In this document: positions 36,372-48,130 of the stretch, in pieces
Position numbering within the stretch: position 1 is the stretch's first letter
Layout of the letters: each line of letters opens with the position of its first letter
DNA from: Macrostomum lignano
Taxonomy: Eukaryota
Direction: 5' to 3'
DNA length: 64,000 nt
Assembly: GCA_002269645.1 (NCBI GenBank)
Contig: NIVC01001870.1
Span: forward strand, 111,798 to 175,797
Position numbers and translations under genes: made by a program
Notes under the pieces: generated by a model
Databases searched by the model: none
What the model was told of the DNA's origin: nothing
The model's input: the letters and a program-made list of their open reading frames with translations, nothing else

Positions 36372-37604
36372 CACAGAACTTACACAGAATGCTCAATCAG
36401 CGATTTAATGAAATTAAACTGCGTAGAAATAGATATGCGTACAAACTACTAATCCGGTGAAGAAACATAAGTAGCCATAGACTATTACTCAAGTGTGTAG
36501 CACAAGACCGCCTGATTTATTAAGTCAGTAACCAGAAACCATACAGCAATCGAAACGTAGAAACCAGTTAAACTGGAGCACAAAAAGTTTTGAAGTGATG
36601 CAACTCAAAAAGTTGGATAAAAAACGGAAAAGTGTCATTAAAGCACTGCCATTAGTTGCCAACGTTCATTCGCAAAAATTTCTTGCTCACTGCGTCTGCG
36701 CCGAACACTTGCTTCCTCTTCCTTTGCCTTTGAGTTTCCCGTCGCTGATTGCTGCACCAATGGTGCAGCCGTAGGCGGCAATACAGCGCTTCAAAGCTGA
36801 TTGCACAACTTACCGAATGGGACTCAATGTGCAGATTGAGAGCGGGCTGAATCGCTGCAGCAAATTTTCGCTGAAGGTCTTTGCCAACGCCTTTCTGTTG
36901 GAAATAGGATTTGTCACTGCCAAGAAAGATTTGCTCCATGATCCTGACGGCTCTTCTGAGACACAGGCTCTTGGCTTTGGAGGCGAGCGGGTCTTCTGCT
37001 CCTGAGCCGTGTCTTTATACAGCTTCAGTGTTGGATGCGCATTCCAGACAAGTCGACTGTGCGGCTCATGACGGTCTTTCGTGCACATATACATGTGATC
37101 AGCGAAGTGCTGACTGCACACCACTGCAGTCGCCCATTTGTGCTCATACTTCTTCCCCAGAAGGTCAGCACGGAAGATGCGACGAGCCCAGTCTTCACAC
37201 CTAAAGCGTAAAATTCAACATAAATCGTACACAAGTTTTCATGCAAATAATATTAGTCACGATTCGACTAAGCTTACCGGGCACGGTTTGAAGGAAAGCT
37301 GTGAAACCTGGTTTCTGGTGGACAACGATAGGAATAATTTGGACAGCCATGGGCAGCACACTGTTTTCGCGATTTTGCAGAAGGCATACTTCACTGCAGC
37401 AAAACCGAACATCCAAATTCTTTGTGAAAAGACAATGCTGCTGCAAGTAATTCTATTAAATGAATATATCTTGTGCTACACACTTGAGTAATAGTCTATG
37501 GCTACTTATGTTTCTTCACCGGATTAGTAGTTTGTACGCATATCTATTTCTACGCAGTTTAATTTCATTAAATCGCTGATTGAGCATTCTGTGTAAGTTC
37601 TGTG
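36372..37604 (-). mobile_element. Non-autonomous P-element derivative, 1233 bp
   Basis: Perfect 136-bp TIRs starting CACAGAAC (36372-36507, 37469-37604), 8-bp TSD GTCTCGAG, internal THAP domain and a C-terminal transposase-like remnant (YCRLRLHHWC). Confidence 0.88.
36810..37387 (-). CDS. Spliced THAP zinc-finger protein (exons 37387-37278 and 37200-36810, 166 aa)
   Basis: MPSAKSRKQCAAHGCPN...FHSFP...|CEDWARRIFRAD...VVCSQHF...RLVWNAHPTL; the GT-AG intron is phase-compatible. Confidence 0.75.
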
Positions 37605-38399
37605 GTCTCGAGTCTATGGCATGTTGTGCAACCAGCCATATGTGTGGCGTAACGAGCCTAAAATGGGTAAAACAGTTTTCAGCCCATGAGAATTGCCATC
37701 ATACCGATTGTCTGTCTCAATAATCTCTCAGATTGAGAGGGACATGGTGACATAACATAAGCATATCATGTATTAATACCTCACTGATGTACCCAAGGAC
37801 CACACGTACGTACTATACTTAGAAGATACCGTTACAACTGCGGGGCCGGGTAACTTCTAGTGCGGTCCTTGGATGTGTATCCCTTACAATGCAAAAAACC
37901 TCTGCGACAGGAAAAATTCTGCACCTAACTCCGCAAATTTAGGCGAATGGGCGAAATTTAATATCCATTTTTTACCACCGAAACGTTTTTGATTGGGTAA
38001 ATCTCTTATTAAACTAATACCAAAACTTGGGGAGTGGCAAAAATGCAAGGCAAACTGGCAAAATCTATTGCATGCACTCGAGGGAAAATTGCTCTGCTGT
38101 AAAATATCTCAGTGGGAAAAACTTGGTGGGCACTAGACGTTTAATTCGATCTTAGAACAATTTTTGAAGGCTGCACTTCTAGCTGCGATTTTACACTATA
38201 AACGCGATGTTCAATTCATGATGCGTTCGGTTATGAATTACTGTAATACATATCATAGATAGAAAGATAGAAAGATACATAGAAAGATGCTGAAGAATCG
38301 GAGACTCTTAGCGCTCACACGCTCGCAAAAAAAGCTCAGAGGGGGGAGGAAGTGGCTTCAAGCGGGGTGAGGTTTGGATGGCCTGAAGGTCACTAGCAA

Positions 38400-39700
38400 A
38401 GGTCTTAGAAGCGTCTCAGTGTGCGCATGTCCGCGCGTGACGATATGGGTGATCGCACGGCGGATTGAGCACGACAACTGCGAGAGGGTTTATTTCCCCG
38501 CGTCCGTAGCTGCGAAGCATATGGCCGAGAAGTCGCTGTCTCCGCGTTCTGAGGATTGAGCTCGAACTGCACTGGCGGTACGCCGGAGCGAGCAGCGAGC
38601 GCGCGGTTTGACAGCCTTTCAGGGTAGCGGAGATCAACAGCAAGCCGCAGGATAGCTCTGAAGGTCGGACGACAACGAAGCCATCGTCTTCAGTGGAGAG
38701 GGTGCGGCGCAGGACATAGACGATGATAATGATAAAGATGAACGAGGCCAGAGTTTCCCCTTCCAGGACGCCGGAGCTGGTAGTGAAGGCCTCGGTTACA
38801 TCTTTCTTCATCTCGACAAAAGTGCGGGTGTCAGAGTAGAGATCGATGATCATGGCCGCCACCAGAGTCGGCGGAACACCGTAGTAGGAAAGGAGCCACT
38901 CGATGGCAGAGCGAAGATCGAGTCAAAGGCTTTGCGGAAGTCGACGAACACGAGGGTCGCCAACTTCTACCGCGTCACGCAGGACTCGATGATGCTGCGG
39001 TCGGTAGCGATCTGTTCGCCGGTAGATCTGCCTTGGCGGAAACCACTCTGAGCGTCCAGCAGAAGCGGATTGATGACCGGCAGCAGTCTGTTCCTCAGGA
39101 TCGAATGAGAAGCTTAGGGAGGGTACATTCCAGAGCGATACACCTCTCTGGTTGTCCAAGCTGGTGGACAGGCCTTTTTTCGGCAATGAGATAATCTTGG
39201 GAGATGCGCAAATGGATGGGGCTTCGGCGCCAGCATCGCCTCCAAGAACGAAATATTTATTGAGGAGCGTACGGTGATGATCGAGTTGAGCTCTGAAGTA
39301 GACTTGTTGAGCTCTGAAGTAGCTTAGGACCCTTGGGGAGGGGGGGGGGTGACTCCATCGACGCCATGACGCCCATGAGCAGCATCAGGCTTCTTGATTT
39401 TGAGGGCGCTGCGAACCTCGTAGTTCGTGATGGGACTGGTGTTGAAATCCTCACTGCGAGCAGGGGAGAAGCCAGGCACAGGCAGGAGCACCGAGGTTGG
39501 GGCAGGGGCGTTGAGCACACAGCGGTTTTGTTCCGCGGGCTTAGCTTTCCTGTCCTCGAAAGAGTCGGCACCGATGACAGTGCACTGCCTCGGTTTCCGG
39601 CCAGTCAGGTTATTGATGCCTCTCCAGGTGGCTCTGAGCCTGCAGGTTGTCAGCCGCGTCCCTGATTTCCAGGACGGCCTCCTGGACGAAGTGTCTCGTG
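38400..39700 (-). pseudogene. Degenerate RTE-like non-LTR reverse transcriptase fragment
   Basis: KKG...NQRGVSL, FVDFRKAFDS and SGVLEGETLASFIFII..YVLR motifs across several frames. Confidence 0.8.
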
Positions 39701-40016
39701 CTATCAGAGTAGGTGGGTGTGCACGAGAACTTCATTTTCAGTACAAAAAATTGTATTAAATATATATATAGTTTCCCACTGAAAGCCCGTCATTTTGAAT
39801 GAGTGACATGTATTACATACCACTACAAGACTGGCTTTGCCTGCTAGCATACCCGTTCCCGACGGCTTGGTCCGAAATCGGGCCAAAGACAAATTAGACA
39901 AATTTTCTTAGTCTAACTTTCACACCCGTAGGGAGCTGTTAAAGTCAAATGCATTCCATAGAGTTCTAGCATAGAGTTTCCAGGATCCATTCAAACTAAT
40001 CGTTTATCAACAAACC

Positions 40017-43000
40017 ATGGATTCTGATGCGAGTTCGGATTCATCTGATTCGTCTAGCTATTACTCAACTGCTGACGAGACTGTTGATGAGTTTGAAGAT
40101 GAGGTAGAGAACCCAGGAGTCGAACACGTTGGTGAGTGGCACATGGTTCAAGCTGACACAATCGACCATCAGCCTTGCCTGAATTCCTCGGTACCCCCGG
40201 TGCACGACCTGATTGGCATTCTCCACATGCTGCGGATGGAAACGAAGAAGCTTTCCTGAAGCTATTTCTGACGGATCAACTGTTTGAAGATATTAGCCGA
40301 TGGAACAACGTAAAAGCTTGGAAGATCTTTCAGGAGGCAGAGACTCAGGATGCTGTACCGAAGCTGGTGTTAAACTGGCGTGATTGCTCCACTAATGAAG
40401 CTCGAAAGTTGGTGGGCATTGTGCTGCTCATGGGAGTCGACAAGAAGCCAGAAATAGCCCAGCTACTGGTCAACCGACCTGATCTTTCACTGCCCGTTTC
40501 TTTCCAAGCCTTTCTCTCTATCAAGAGACCGATTTAAGCAGCTCCTGTCGTGTCTCCGTTTCTACGACTGCTCCGAGGCTTTTGGTGCTGGTCCATTGGC
40601 AAAGATGAAGCCCTTTCTCGATCGTGTGAGGCACCTCTGCAGCAATAACTACATGCCCCGACAGCGACTTTCAATTGATGAGACGCTGGTGCTTTAACAA
40701 AGGGAGTTTTGCTTTCAAGCAATATATCCCGTCGAAGCGAAGCAAGTATGGAATAAAGCTGTACTGCCTCTGCGAGACTGAGAGTTCATATTTATGGAAC
40801 TTCGTCATGCACACGTCTCCTGAGGTTAATCAACAGTTTGGTGAACGACTCGGATGTCAAGGCTTGAGTATGAGCGAGAGTTGTGGCAGAGCTGTGCCAG
40901 GGTCTTCTCCATCTCAGACATCATGTGTTCACTGATAGTTGGTTTACATCACGCCGGCTGGCCGATTGGTTGCTGCAACACGATACGCTGCTGACCGGGA
41001 CGGTGCGGAAGGATCGCGGCATTCCCGCTGATTTGCAGGCTCTCAACATCCACCCAACTTCATCTGTATTCGCACGTTCAGGTGACCTCTTAGCGTGTAA
41101 ATTTGTCGACAGGAAGCAAAGCGGCACCAAGACTCTGTATTCGCTGGACACGGCGGGCAAGGCAGAATGCATTCAGGTTCAACGCAACCGTCGCGGTGGT
41201 GCAATGCAGGTGGTGCAAAAGCCTGCTAGCGTGCTTGCCTATTCTTCCAGTATGAGCGGGATTGACCATTTGGACGCCTCAATGCACCCGTATCTCGCGA
41301 ACCGAAAGAGCATGAGCTGGTTCCACAAGCTGACTTGACTTACTTGACTTAGCTGCAGGGTGGTCCGTAGACACAGCGGGGAGGTGAGGGTCGCCCATTC
41401 CGCTAGCCCCTGATTCCGCTACCCGCTAGCCCCGGGTGTACTGCTGTCGGAGTGGATGACAATAGTCTTTCCTCTCGTAACCTTGGCGTTCAGCTCTGCA
41501 GCGCAAGAGCTGATGGCAAGGACTTCGTTCTGGAAGACTGTGGAGAGTCTACCAGTGTGCTGGGCATGCGTGGCAATGACGCGGCCGTTGATGATGATGC
41601 AGACCCCAAAGCCGGCGTGACCGTCTTTGATGGATCCGTCCGTGTAGCAATGGACCTCCTGGAAATTCCAGTGGTCATTGGCAGCATCCCTAGAGGGGAT
41701 GGTGACCTTGTAGCGCTGAAAGAGGTTGAGAGTGCGGGGTTCGCCGTCAGATAAGACGTGGAGCCCGCCGCTGTCTCTCAAGTCCTTGAGGCAGAGGTCG
41801 GCGTGGGGCAGAAGCTTGCGCTTAGCCATGGCCCTATGGGGCTGGATTCGAATGCCAGCGTCAGCTAGACGACGGGCAGTCTTAGCCGCTTCCCTGCGGA
41901 CAAAGATGTCCAGCGGAGGAATGTTGAGGAAGGCGTTGAGGCCATCGTAAGGAGCAGACGGAGGGGCGCTCATGATCGTGCGACATGCGCGCCCTTACGC
42001 TCTCCTGAGAGCCTCTAGACAGGTCTTTATCTGCAGGGCGCTAGCCCAGATCAGGCCGCCATACGAGATAGCGGGCCTAACCATTGCAGTGTAGATCCAC
42101 CAAAGGCGCTTGGGGGTGAGCCCCCAGGTGGTGCCGACAGCCCTGCGCAATTGCGCGAGGACTGCGAAGGCCTTTTTGGCTTTTGTTTGAACGTGGGGTG
42201 ACCAGTTCAGCCTGTGGTCCAGGGTAATACCCAGACATTTAGTCTGCTTGCAGAAGGGGATTTCCCTTCCGTAAAGCGTGAGCGGTCGAATCTGCCACTT
42301 GGTCCTGCTGGTGAACATGATCGCTGCGGTCTTAGTCTCAGAGAGCCTTAAACCACAGCGGTCCGCCCATTGCTCAGCGGCGTAGATAAAGTTCTGAAGA
42401 AGGTCCCTGAGGGTATCAGGGGACGGACCAGATGCCACCGCGGTGACATCGTCCGCATATCCAACTTTCAGAATGGGGTCAGGCCGAACATCCCGGAGGA
42501 GCTCATCGATGACCATATTCCAGAGAACTGGAGACAGCACCCCACCTTGCGGGCTACCTTTGCAGACGGGGACCGTCCTCTGGTAGCCCAGCAGACTGGC
42601 GGTGGCCGTGCGATGGCTGATCATGTACATGATCCATCTGGTGAGATGTGAGTGCGTTTGTCTCTCACGAAGAGCTCTTCGGAACGCCTCAAAGAGGACG
42701 TTATCGAAGGCGCCAATGGTTCCACAAGCTGGGATTTCATCTTCTTGCGATGCTTGTGCGGAACTCGTGGGTGATCTACCGACAGTCAGATGGCACAAAG
42801 ACCTTTCTGCAGTTTCTGAGGCTGGCAATAAAGAGTCTTGTGGAGGACGCTGGGGTTGCCAGGAGACGTGGACCTACACCAGGTGGTGCTGGCGCTCTTG
42901 CTATTGGGCGCTCGTGCTGACGCCCATTCGCCTGCGCCAAAGGCTCCAAGAATCGGAGATGTCGTGTGTGCTATGCAGCTGGCCAGGTCAAGAAGACTTT

Positions 43001-43062
43001 ATTCGTTTGCGAAGCCTGCCCGGGAGTTCCAGCCCTTTGCCTAGGTGCCTGTTTTTTCACAC
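40017..43062 (+). pseudogene. piggyBac (PGBD-type) transposase, frameshifted and split at WFHKL
   Basis: Reading continues RKSMSWFHKL (41332) to WFHKLGFHLLAMLVRNSWVIY (42717 onward); CRVC...CEAC...LC...CF near the end. Confidence 0.85.
41333..42716 (-). mobile_element. 5'-truncated non-LTR retrotransposon with RT and RNase H (R1/LOA/I group)
   Basis: 15-bp TSD TGGTTCCACAAGCTG (41318-41332, 42717-42731); short AAGT-repeat tail; GSPQGGVLSPVLWN, YADD, LGITLD, YTDGS...QNEVLAI...HSDS; one in-frame stop at 41995. Confidence 0.9.
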
Positions 43063-44409
43063 TGGCACTCGCACTAACTATTAGCTATTAGCTTTATTAC
43101 CTTTAAACCATTACATGAATCAAAACCGTTATTACGAAATCGAATTTTTGTTGGTGTTAATGTTCCTTATTCAACTGAATTGTTATGCGTTGCAATATTC
43201 GTGTATGAATATTTTCGGCTCTATTGCAGCCTCATGCAAGTGCATGTACCACAGTTCTGAGTCTCCTATTCAGGCACAATCCCTTAACTGGCCGTTCCCT
43301 TTCATCACCTACCCACATGTACCAAACCACCTACCTAACTACCTACCTACCTACTCATTGTACCATCCTGCTTACTCGTATATTACAGATGCTCCAGTGT
43401 TTACATCTTTTCTTAATTGGAAATTGTCCCTTATAAGTCATGTAATTAGCTGACTATTCCGGCTTCATTGGGATTAACAATCTTATTTCGTACAAGCAAT
43501 TTTTACAGTTTTGTTGAAAACTTCCACAGTAGTTTTATTATAAACGAGTTATTAAAATTACAGGTATGACATATCTAAGCTAATAATTCTCATTTTTGCG
43601 TCATCTACTATTTGCAACATTCTTAGACACTGACCCGAAATCGGGCCATTTCCGTCGGGAACGGGTGTGCTGAGATGATGATTGATTTGCCATAGACTTT
43701 TACAAACGCGCAGCCGTTCGCTTCGGTGCTGGCGGGATGACCCGAAATCGGGCCATCCGCCCGCTCATGGGTAAATGTTTCGTTGATTTTGCAAAGCTAG
43801 CGAGCTCTTTTGCATTTTCTAACATGTACGAGCGTACATTCCTATATATTTTAGTGTTAGACAGAAAAAATTATGAAGTGACTCAAAGTGCAGAATATGG
43901 AGAGAATACAACATACTGAAAATTGCTGGAATTGTAGACAAGTGAATCAATGGTGAAATCTTAGCAGTAATGGGATGAATATAGCGCGTAAATAAATAGG
44001 CATGCATGCAGTTTTAGGGGACAGAAGGAACAGTTACAGCGGGGACACGAAAAAGACGGAATTTGAATGACTGAATTACAGTTTACATGCATCGTTGAAC
44101 GGTATGACTCAAATGATATGCAGAACTGTAATATTTTATACCATGTCACTCGTAATACTTAACGAATACAGTGTGTCAAAAATACAGTAAGGCTAGCAAG
44201 GTTAACTAACAAAAGTCAATTAAGCGTGCAAATATAATTTTTTTTTCAAAGCTCGAATGCATCCATTTATTTAACAAAAAAGTTAGTAAGAGTAATAGTC
44301 AACAATGCCTTACTATTAAACACCTAATGGTGACACAATTTGCCTTCCATTTGCGCCATCGTTAATTCCGTTAATTTTGCGTAATCGTGAATTTTGCGTT
44401 GCATTTTAG

Positions 44410-45860
44410 TTGACCTCCAAAAGTCTTAAGATTTGCAGTAAGCAAATTCTACCTGTCGTTACTGCGGTAGGTCCCACCTCGAAGGACGAAGGTAAATGTC
44501 CGGCCTACGGAAAGACCTGTATGAAGTGCGGAAAAAAGAATCATTTTAGCAACGTCTGCAGGTCTGGAGCTACTCGTTCGCTGCACCACACGACGGCAGA
44601 CCAAGGTGACGAGGGCAAAGAGCCATCTCATTTACCGGGATCCATCATGCACCTCACCGACGCCAGTTCTGTGCATGCTATAAGCGAGACTATCGAAACG
44701 GTGGTCGTCGACGGCAGAAGCCTGAGGATGCAAGTTGATACTGGGGCGTCTGTCTCAGTGATTTCAAGCGCGCAGTGGATTTTGCTGGGTCGCCCGCAGC
44801 TGCAAAAATGCTTTCGCCGCCTTGAGGCCTTTGATGGTCACGTCATGCGTACACTGGGCAAATTGTGCACCGCTGCACAGCTCCGAGGACGTTTGCACCC
44901 AGCAGAGCTTATGGTTGTTGCCTCAAGCAAGGCTCATGGTCATATCGACCGTGATCTACCACAGTCAGATAAACTCTTTCACGCCACGGCCTTGCCATCC
45001 GACAACCAGCAGGCTGTGGAACCTCTGCCGACAATTAAGGGCGTGAAAGCCAAAATGGAGCTCGTGGACGGAGCAAGGCCACAGTTTTGTAGGGCTCGGT
45101 CCGTACCAATCGCACTGGAGGCCAAAATCAACGCGGAGCTGGATCGATTGCAAATGTTAGGCTTCATCGAGCCCATTGAGGGCCCTGTCAACAACGCATC
45201 GCCCGTCGTGTGGGTGGAGAAGAAGGATGGCTCCTTGAGAATGTGTTCCGACTATAGCGTACACGTTAACACAAAGATCCAATCAGATTCCTACCCCATT
45301 TCAAACGTGACGATGTTCTCTTGGCTCAAGAATTCAAAGACATTCGCTACTGTGGATTTGAGTTCTGCCGATTGGCAGATTGAATTGGATGATTCCGCTC
45401 GGGATTTATCCGTAATAAACACATCCCGGGGGCTCTACAGCGTCAACAGGCTTCAAATGGGGATGAAGAACGCTTCCTTCATTTTCCAGCGCACAATGGA
45501 GTCCATTTTGGGTGATATTAAAGGTCTACTCATCTACCAAGATGATATTCTCGTACACGCACTGGACGCAGTCGTCTTGGAGAAGCGACTAGCGGCAGTC
45601 AGGAAGCGCCTCACCGAGAAGCGAGTGACTATAAACGAATTGAAGTGCATCAACTATTCTGACTCTGTGTCATTTCTAGGCTTCCGGATTTCCACCGCCG
45701 GAATCCAGCCAGACGAGCGTCTCGTAGAGAAGATTCGCCATGTATGCGTACCGAAAAACAAGACGGAACTCTTCCAGTTTCTAGGTCTAGTCTAGTCAAT
45801 TTCTTCGGAAGATTGATTCCGATTGACAACTGCTCCGCTTAACAGACTGCGAAAGGCTGA
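44410..45860 (+). pseudogene. pol: Gypsy (K02A2.6-like) gag-knuckle/protease/RT fragment
   Basis: CPAYGKTCMKCGKKNHFSNVC, QVDTGASVS, YQDD. A 5-bp duplication (ctagt) frameshifts it at about 45790, and it ends at a (GACA)n microsatellite. Confidence 0.88.
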
Positions 45861-46282
45861 CAGACAGACAGACAGACAGAAAAGCAGACAGACAGACAGA
45901 CAGACAGACATACAGAAAGGCAGACAACTCACAACAGCCACCCGCAATTGCACCGGTGGGTATTCACGCAGCCCAGATGCTGTCCCGCTTGCCACTGCTG
46001 CAGTGCCAGACCTGCTCCCTGTGTTTGCGAATATTGTACGACGAATTCGAGCCTCGAACTCGCGACCTCCTGGCCAGATTGGCGGCCGAAGCGGAGCCGA
46101 TCCAGCAAGAAGCGGACTGAGTTGCTTGGTTAAAGAATGACTTGTCAATCAAGCGCAAGTCGCTTAAAAATGCGACCTAAATATATTCACATACATGTAT
46201 TGTACGGTTTTAATAGCATTTATAACCAAACTTGGTCAAAGAGGATTCTACAACTTAAATTAATTTGGTTATATATATTTAA

Positions 46283-47060
46283 CTAGCAATCTAGTGCCCC
46301 CTTCGGGGGGCGCCCAATAAGCAGAAGACGAAAATCCTTCAATGATAAACCGACGGATGTCCAGAATACCGGAAAAACAGCCACTTCTGCTGCAGCCGAA
46401 AACTTAAAACCGAGTTTATATGGCTAAAACTGCTGCTAGTACGTATGTAGGACTAGCAATCTAGTTCCCAATAAGCTTCATGGGCGCCCAATAAGCAAGA
46501 GAATAAACTTATTTATAAGAAAGCTCATTCTCTTAAGAGCATATTTCAGTTTTAAAGTCACCTTTTTCGTGTAAATTGTTCCAAAAATGGAATAAAAAAA
46601 AAAAAACTACATGCTGCTTCTGACTTCTCAGCCTTGAAATCTCAGCAATCCCCCCCCCAGTAAGCCTTGCCATCTCAGCAATTCCTCCTAAGGTTGACAT
46701 CTCAAGACATAAACATTTCTTAAATTACGTTTTTTATATGTTTGATTTGAGGCTTCTTGCATGTTTTACATGACGAAACTTTTATGTTTGACGTTTAATA
46801 AAAGGTTTAAATAAAAAACTTTACACTACTGAGATTCGAATCCGGAATTCAGCCAGTCAGTTTTTTATCTGGCATTCTTACAATGCATTTCAAATCGGAA
46901 AGTCTGCTTGACCTTTGCATATAAGCATGTTTTTCGAATATTTGATCCCTTTAGCATTGAGAAGTTTCTTAGCCAAGGCACGTGTACCGTGAAAAAAATT
47001 TCTGATCGAACGGTGCAATTAAGCTTGAAGAAAATCGGTTGAGCCGTTTTTTTCTAAAAA
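46283..47060. mobile_element. Possible Helentron/HINE-like non-autonomous element
   Basis: Duplicated actagcaatctag...gcccaataag with a GC hairpin (46283, 46453), internal copies of the 28-bp satellite unit (46620-46710, minus strand) and aaaatcggttgagccg near the other end. Confidence 0.3.
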
Positions 47061-47099
47061 TCCACCAAATGTCCGCGCTGGTCCCGGTCGAGTCCGCAG

Positions 47100-48130
47100 C
47101 TTCAGCTGGCTCGGTCCCGGCTGCTGGACCGTCAGGTTCGTCGCTCTCGACTGATCGGCTCTGCAGTTGGTCGGCATGACGGCGCCAGGTCAGCCCGTCG
47201 CTCGTTTAGACTCGGAAGCTCAGCGGCCCCGTCTGCTCGAGAACTTTTGCTGGCTGCCAGGCCGCCGCATTAGGCCGGTAGTCCCTGGCCTCCGACCACT
47301 GCTCCGGCAGCTCTCGCGCCCGCCCATCGTGCTGTCGTTTCTGGGCCGATTGCTCTCGCAGTACTCGATCCTGGGCTGACGGCCGCAGCAGATCCATTCG
47401 AGTCCGGAGCTGCCGCTTCAGGAAGAGCTCCGCTGGTGTCCGACCGGTCGTTGGGTGCGGGCTATCTCGGTAGCCCAGCAGCCAGCTGCACAGGCGGATG
47501 TCGAGGTCCGGCTGACTGCTCCGTGACGCCTCCATGGTCATCTTGAACGACTTCACCAGCCGTTCCACCAGTCCGTGGGTCTTGGCGTGATACGAGCTAT
47601 GGACTGCTTCTTGCATGGCGAATTAAATTTGCCTTTCAGACATCGCTAAACCCCAGGCTGATGAATGCTGGACCGTTGTCCGATACGAGTTCTCGATACG
47701 AGGCCCCATTGTGCAAACAACGCTCGCAGCTTGCGGACCAGCTCGGCCGATTTGAGTGTTGACACGGCCTCCACATGCGGCCACTTTGAGTGCGCGTCCA
47801 CTACGAGGAAACTGGCGCCCTCGGACCGGTTCGGCAAAGTCAAAGTGGATGCGGTCCCAGGGCTTGTCTGGCCACACCCAGGGGTGCAGTGGAGCCAGCA
47901 CCGGATGCAGCTTAATGGATTGGCAGTCTTGGCAGCTACTGGCAACCAACTCGATGTCGGCATCTATTCCTGGCACCCAAACAAAAGCTCTGGCAACACT
48001 TTTCATCCGAATTGTTCCGGCAGCTCGCGCAGAACTCCAGATGCAGGAATACAACCGCAGCAAGGAAAAGGGCCGAGAGCGGTGAGATGAGCTTGTTCTA
48101 GGTATAGTGAGACGCATAAGTATCACCAAA
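47100..48130 (-). pseudogene. int: Gypsy (K02A2.6-like) integrase fragment
   Basis: RMKSVARAFVWVPGID..IE...CQDC, PWDRIHFDFA, VVDAHSKW, GLVERLVKSFK, TTGRTPAELFLKRQLRT; frameshifted. Confidence 0.88.

Larger units (their letters stand above)
39851..43666 (+). mobile_element. piggyBac-like DNA transposon (decayed), interrupted by a LINE
   Basis: 15-bp TIR ACCCGTTCCCGACGG (39851-39865, 43652-43666) with subterminal CCGAAATCGGGCC. Transposase motifs FLKLFLTDQLF, SIDETLV, YIPSKRSKYGIK, VFTDSWFTS, MSGIDHLD and a C-terminal Cys-rich domain. No TTAA flanks. Confidence 0.85.

Noticed and set aside
33415-37700. aattctcatggg inverted pair (about 33422 and 37685) as TIRs of a large element
   Set aside because: Only about 12 bp of match and no TSD found; may be chance.
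47100-48130. Integrase belonging to the Polinton
   Set aside because: It is a decayed K02A2.6-type Gypsy integrase with different base composition, lying outside the terminus-like motifs.
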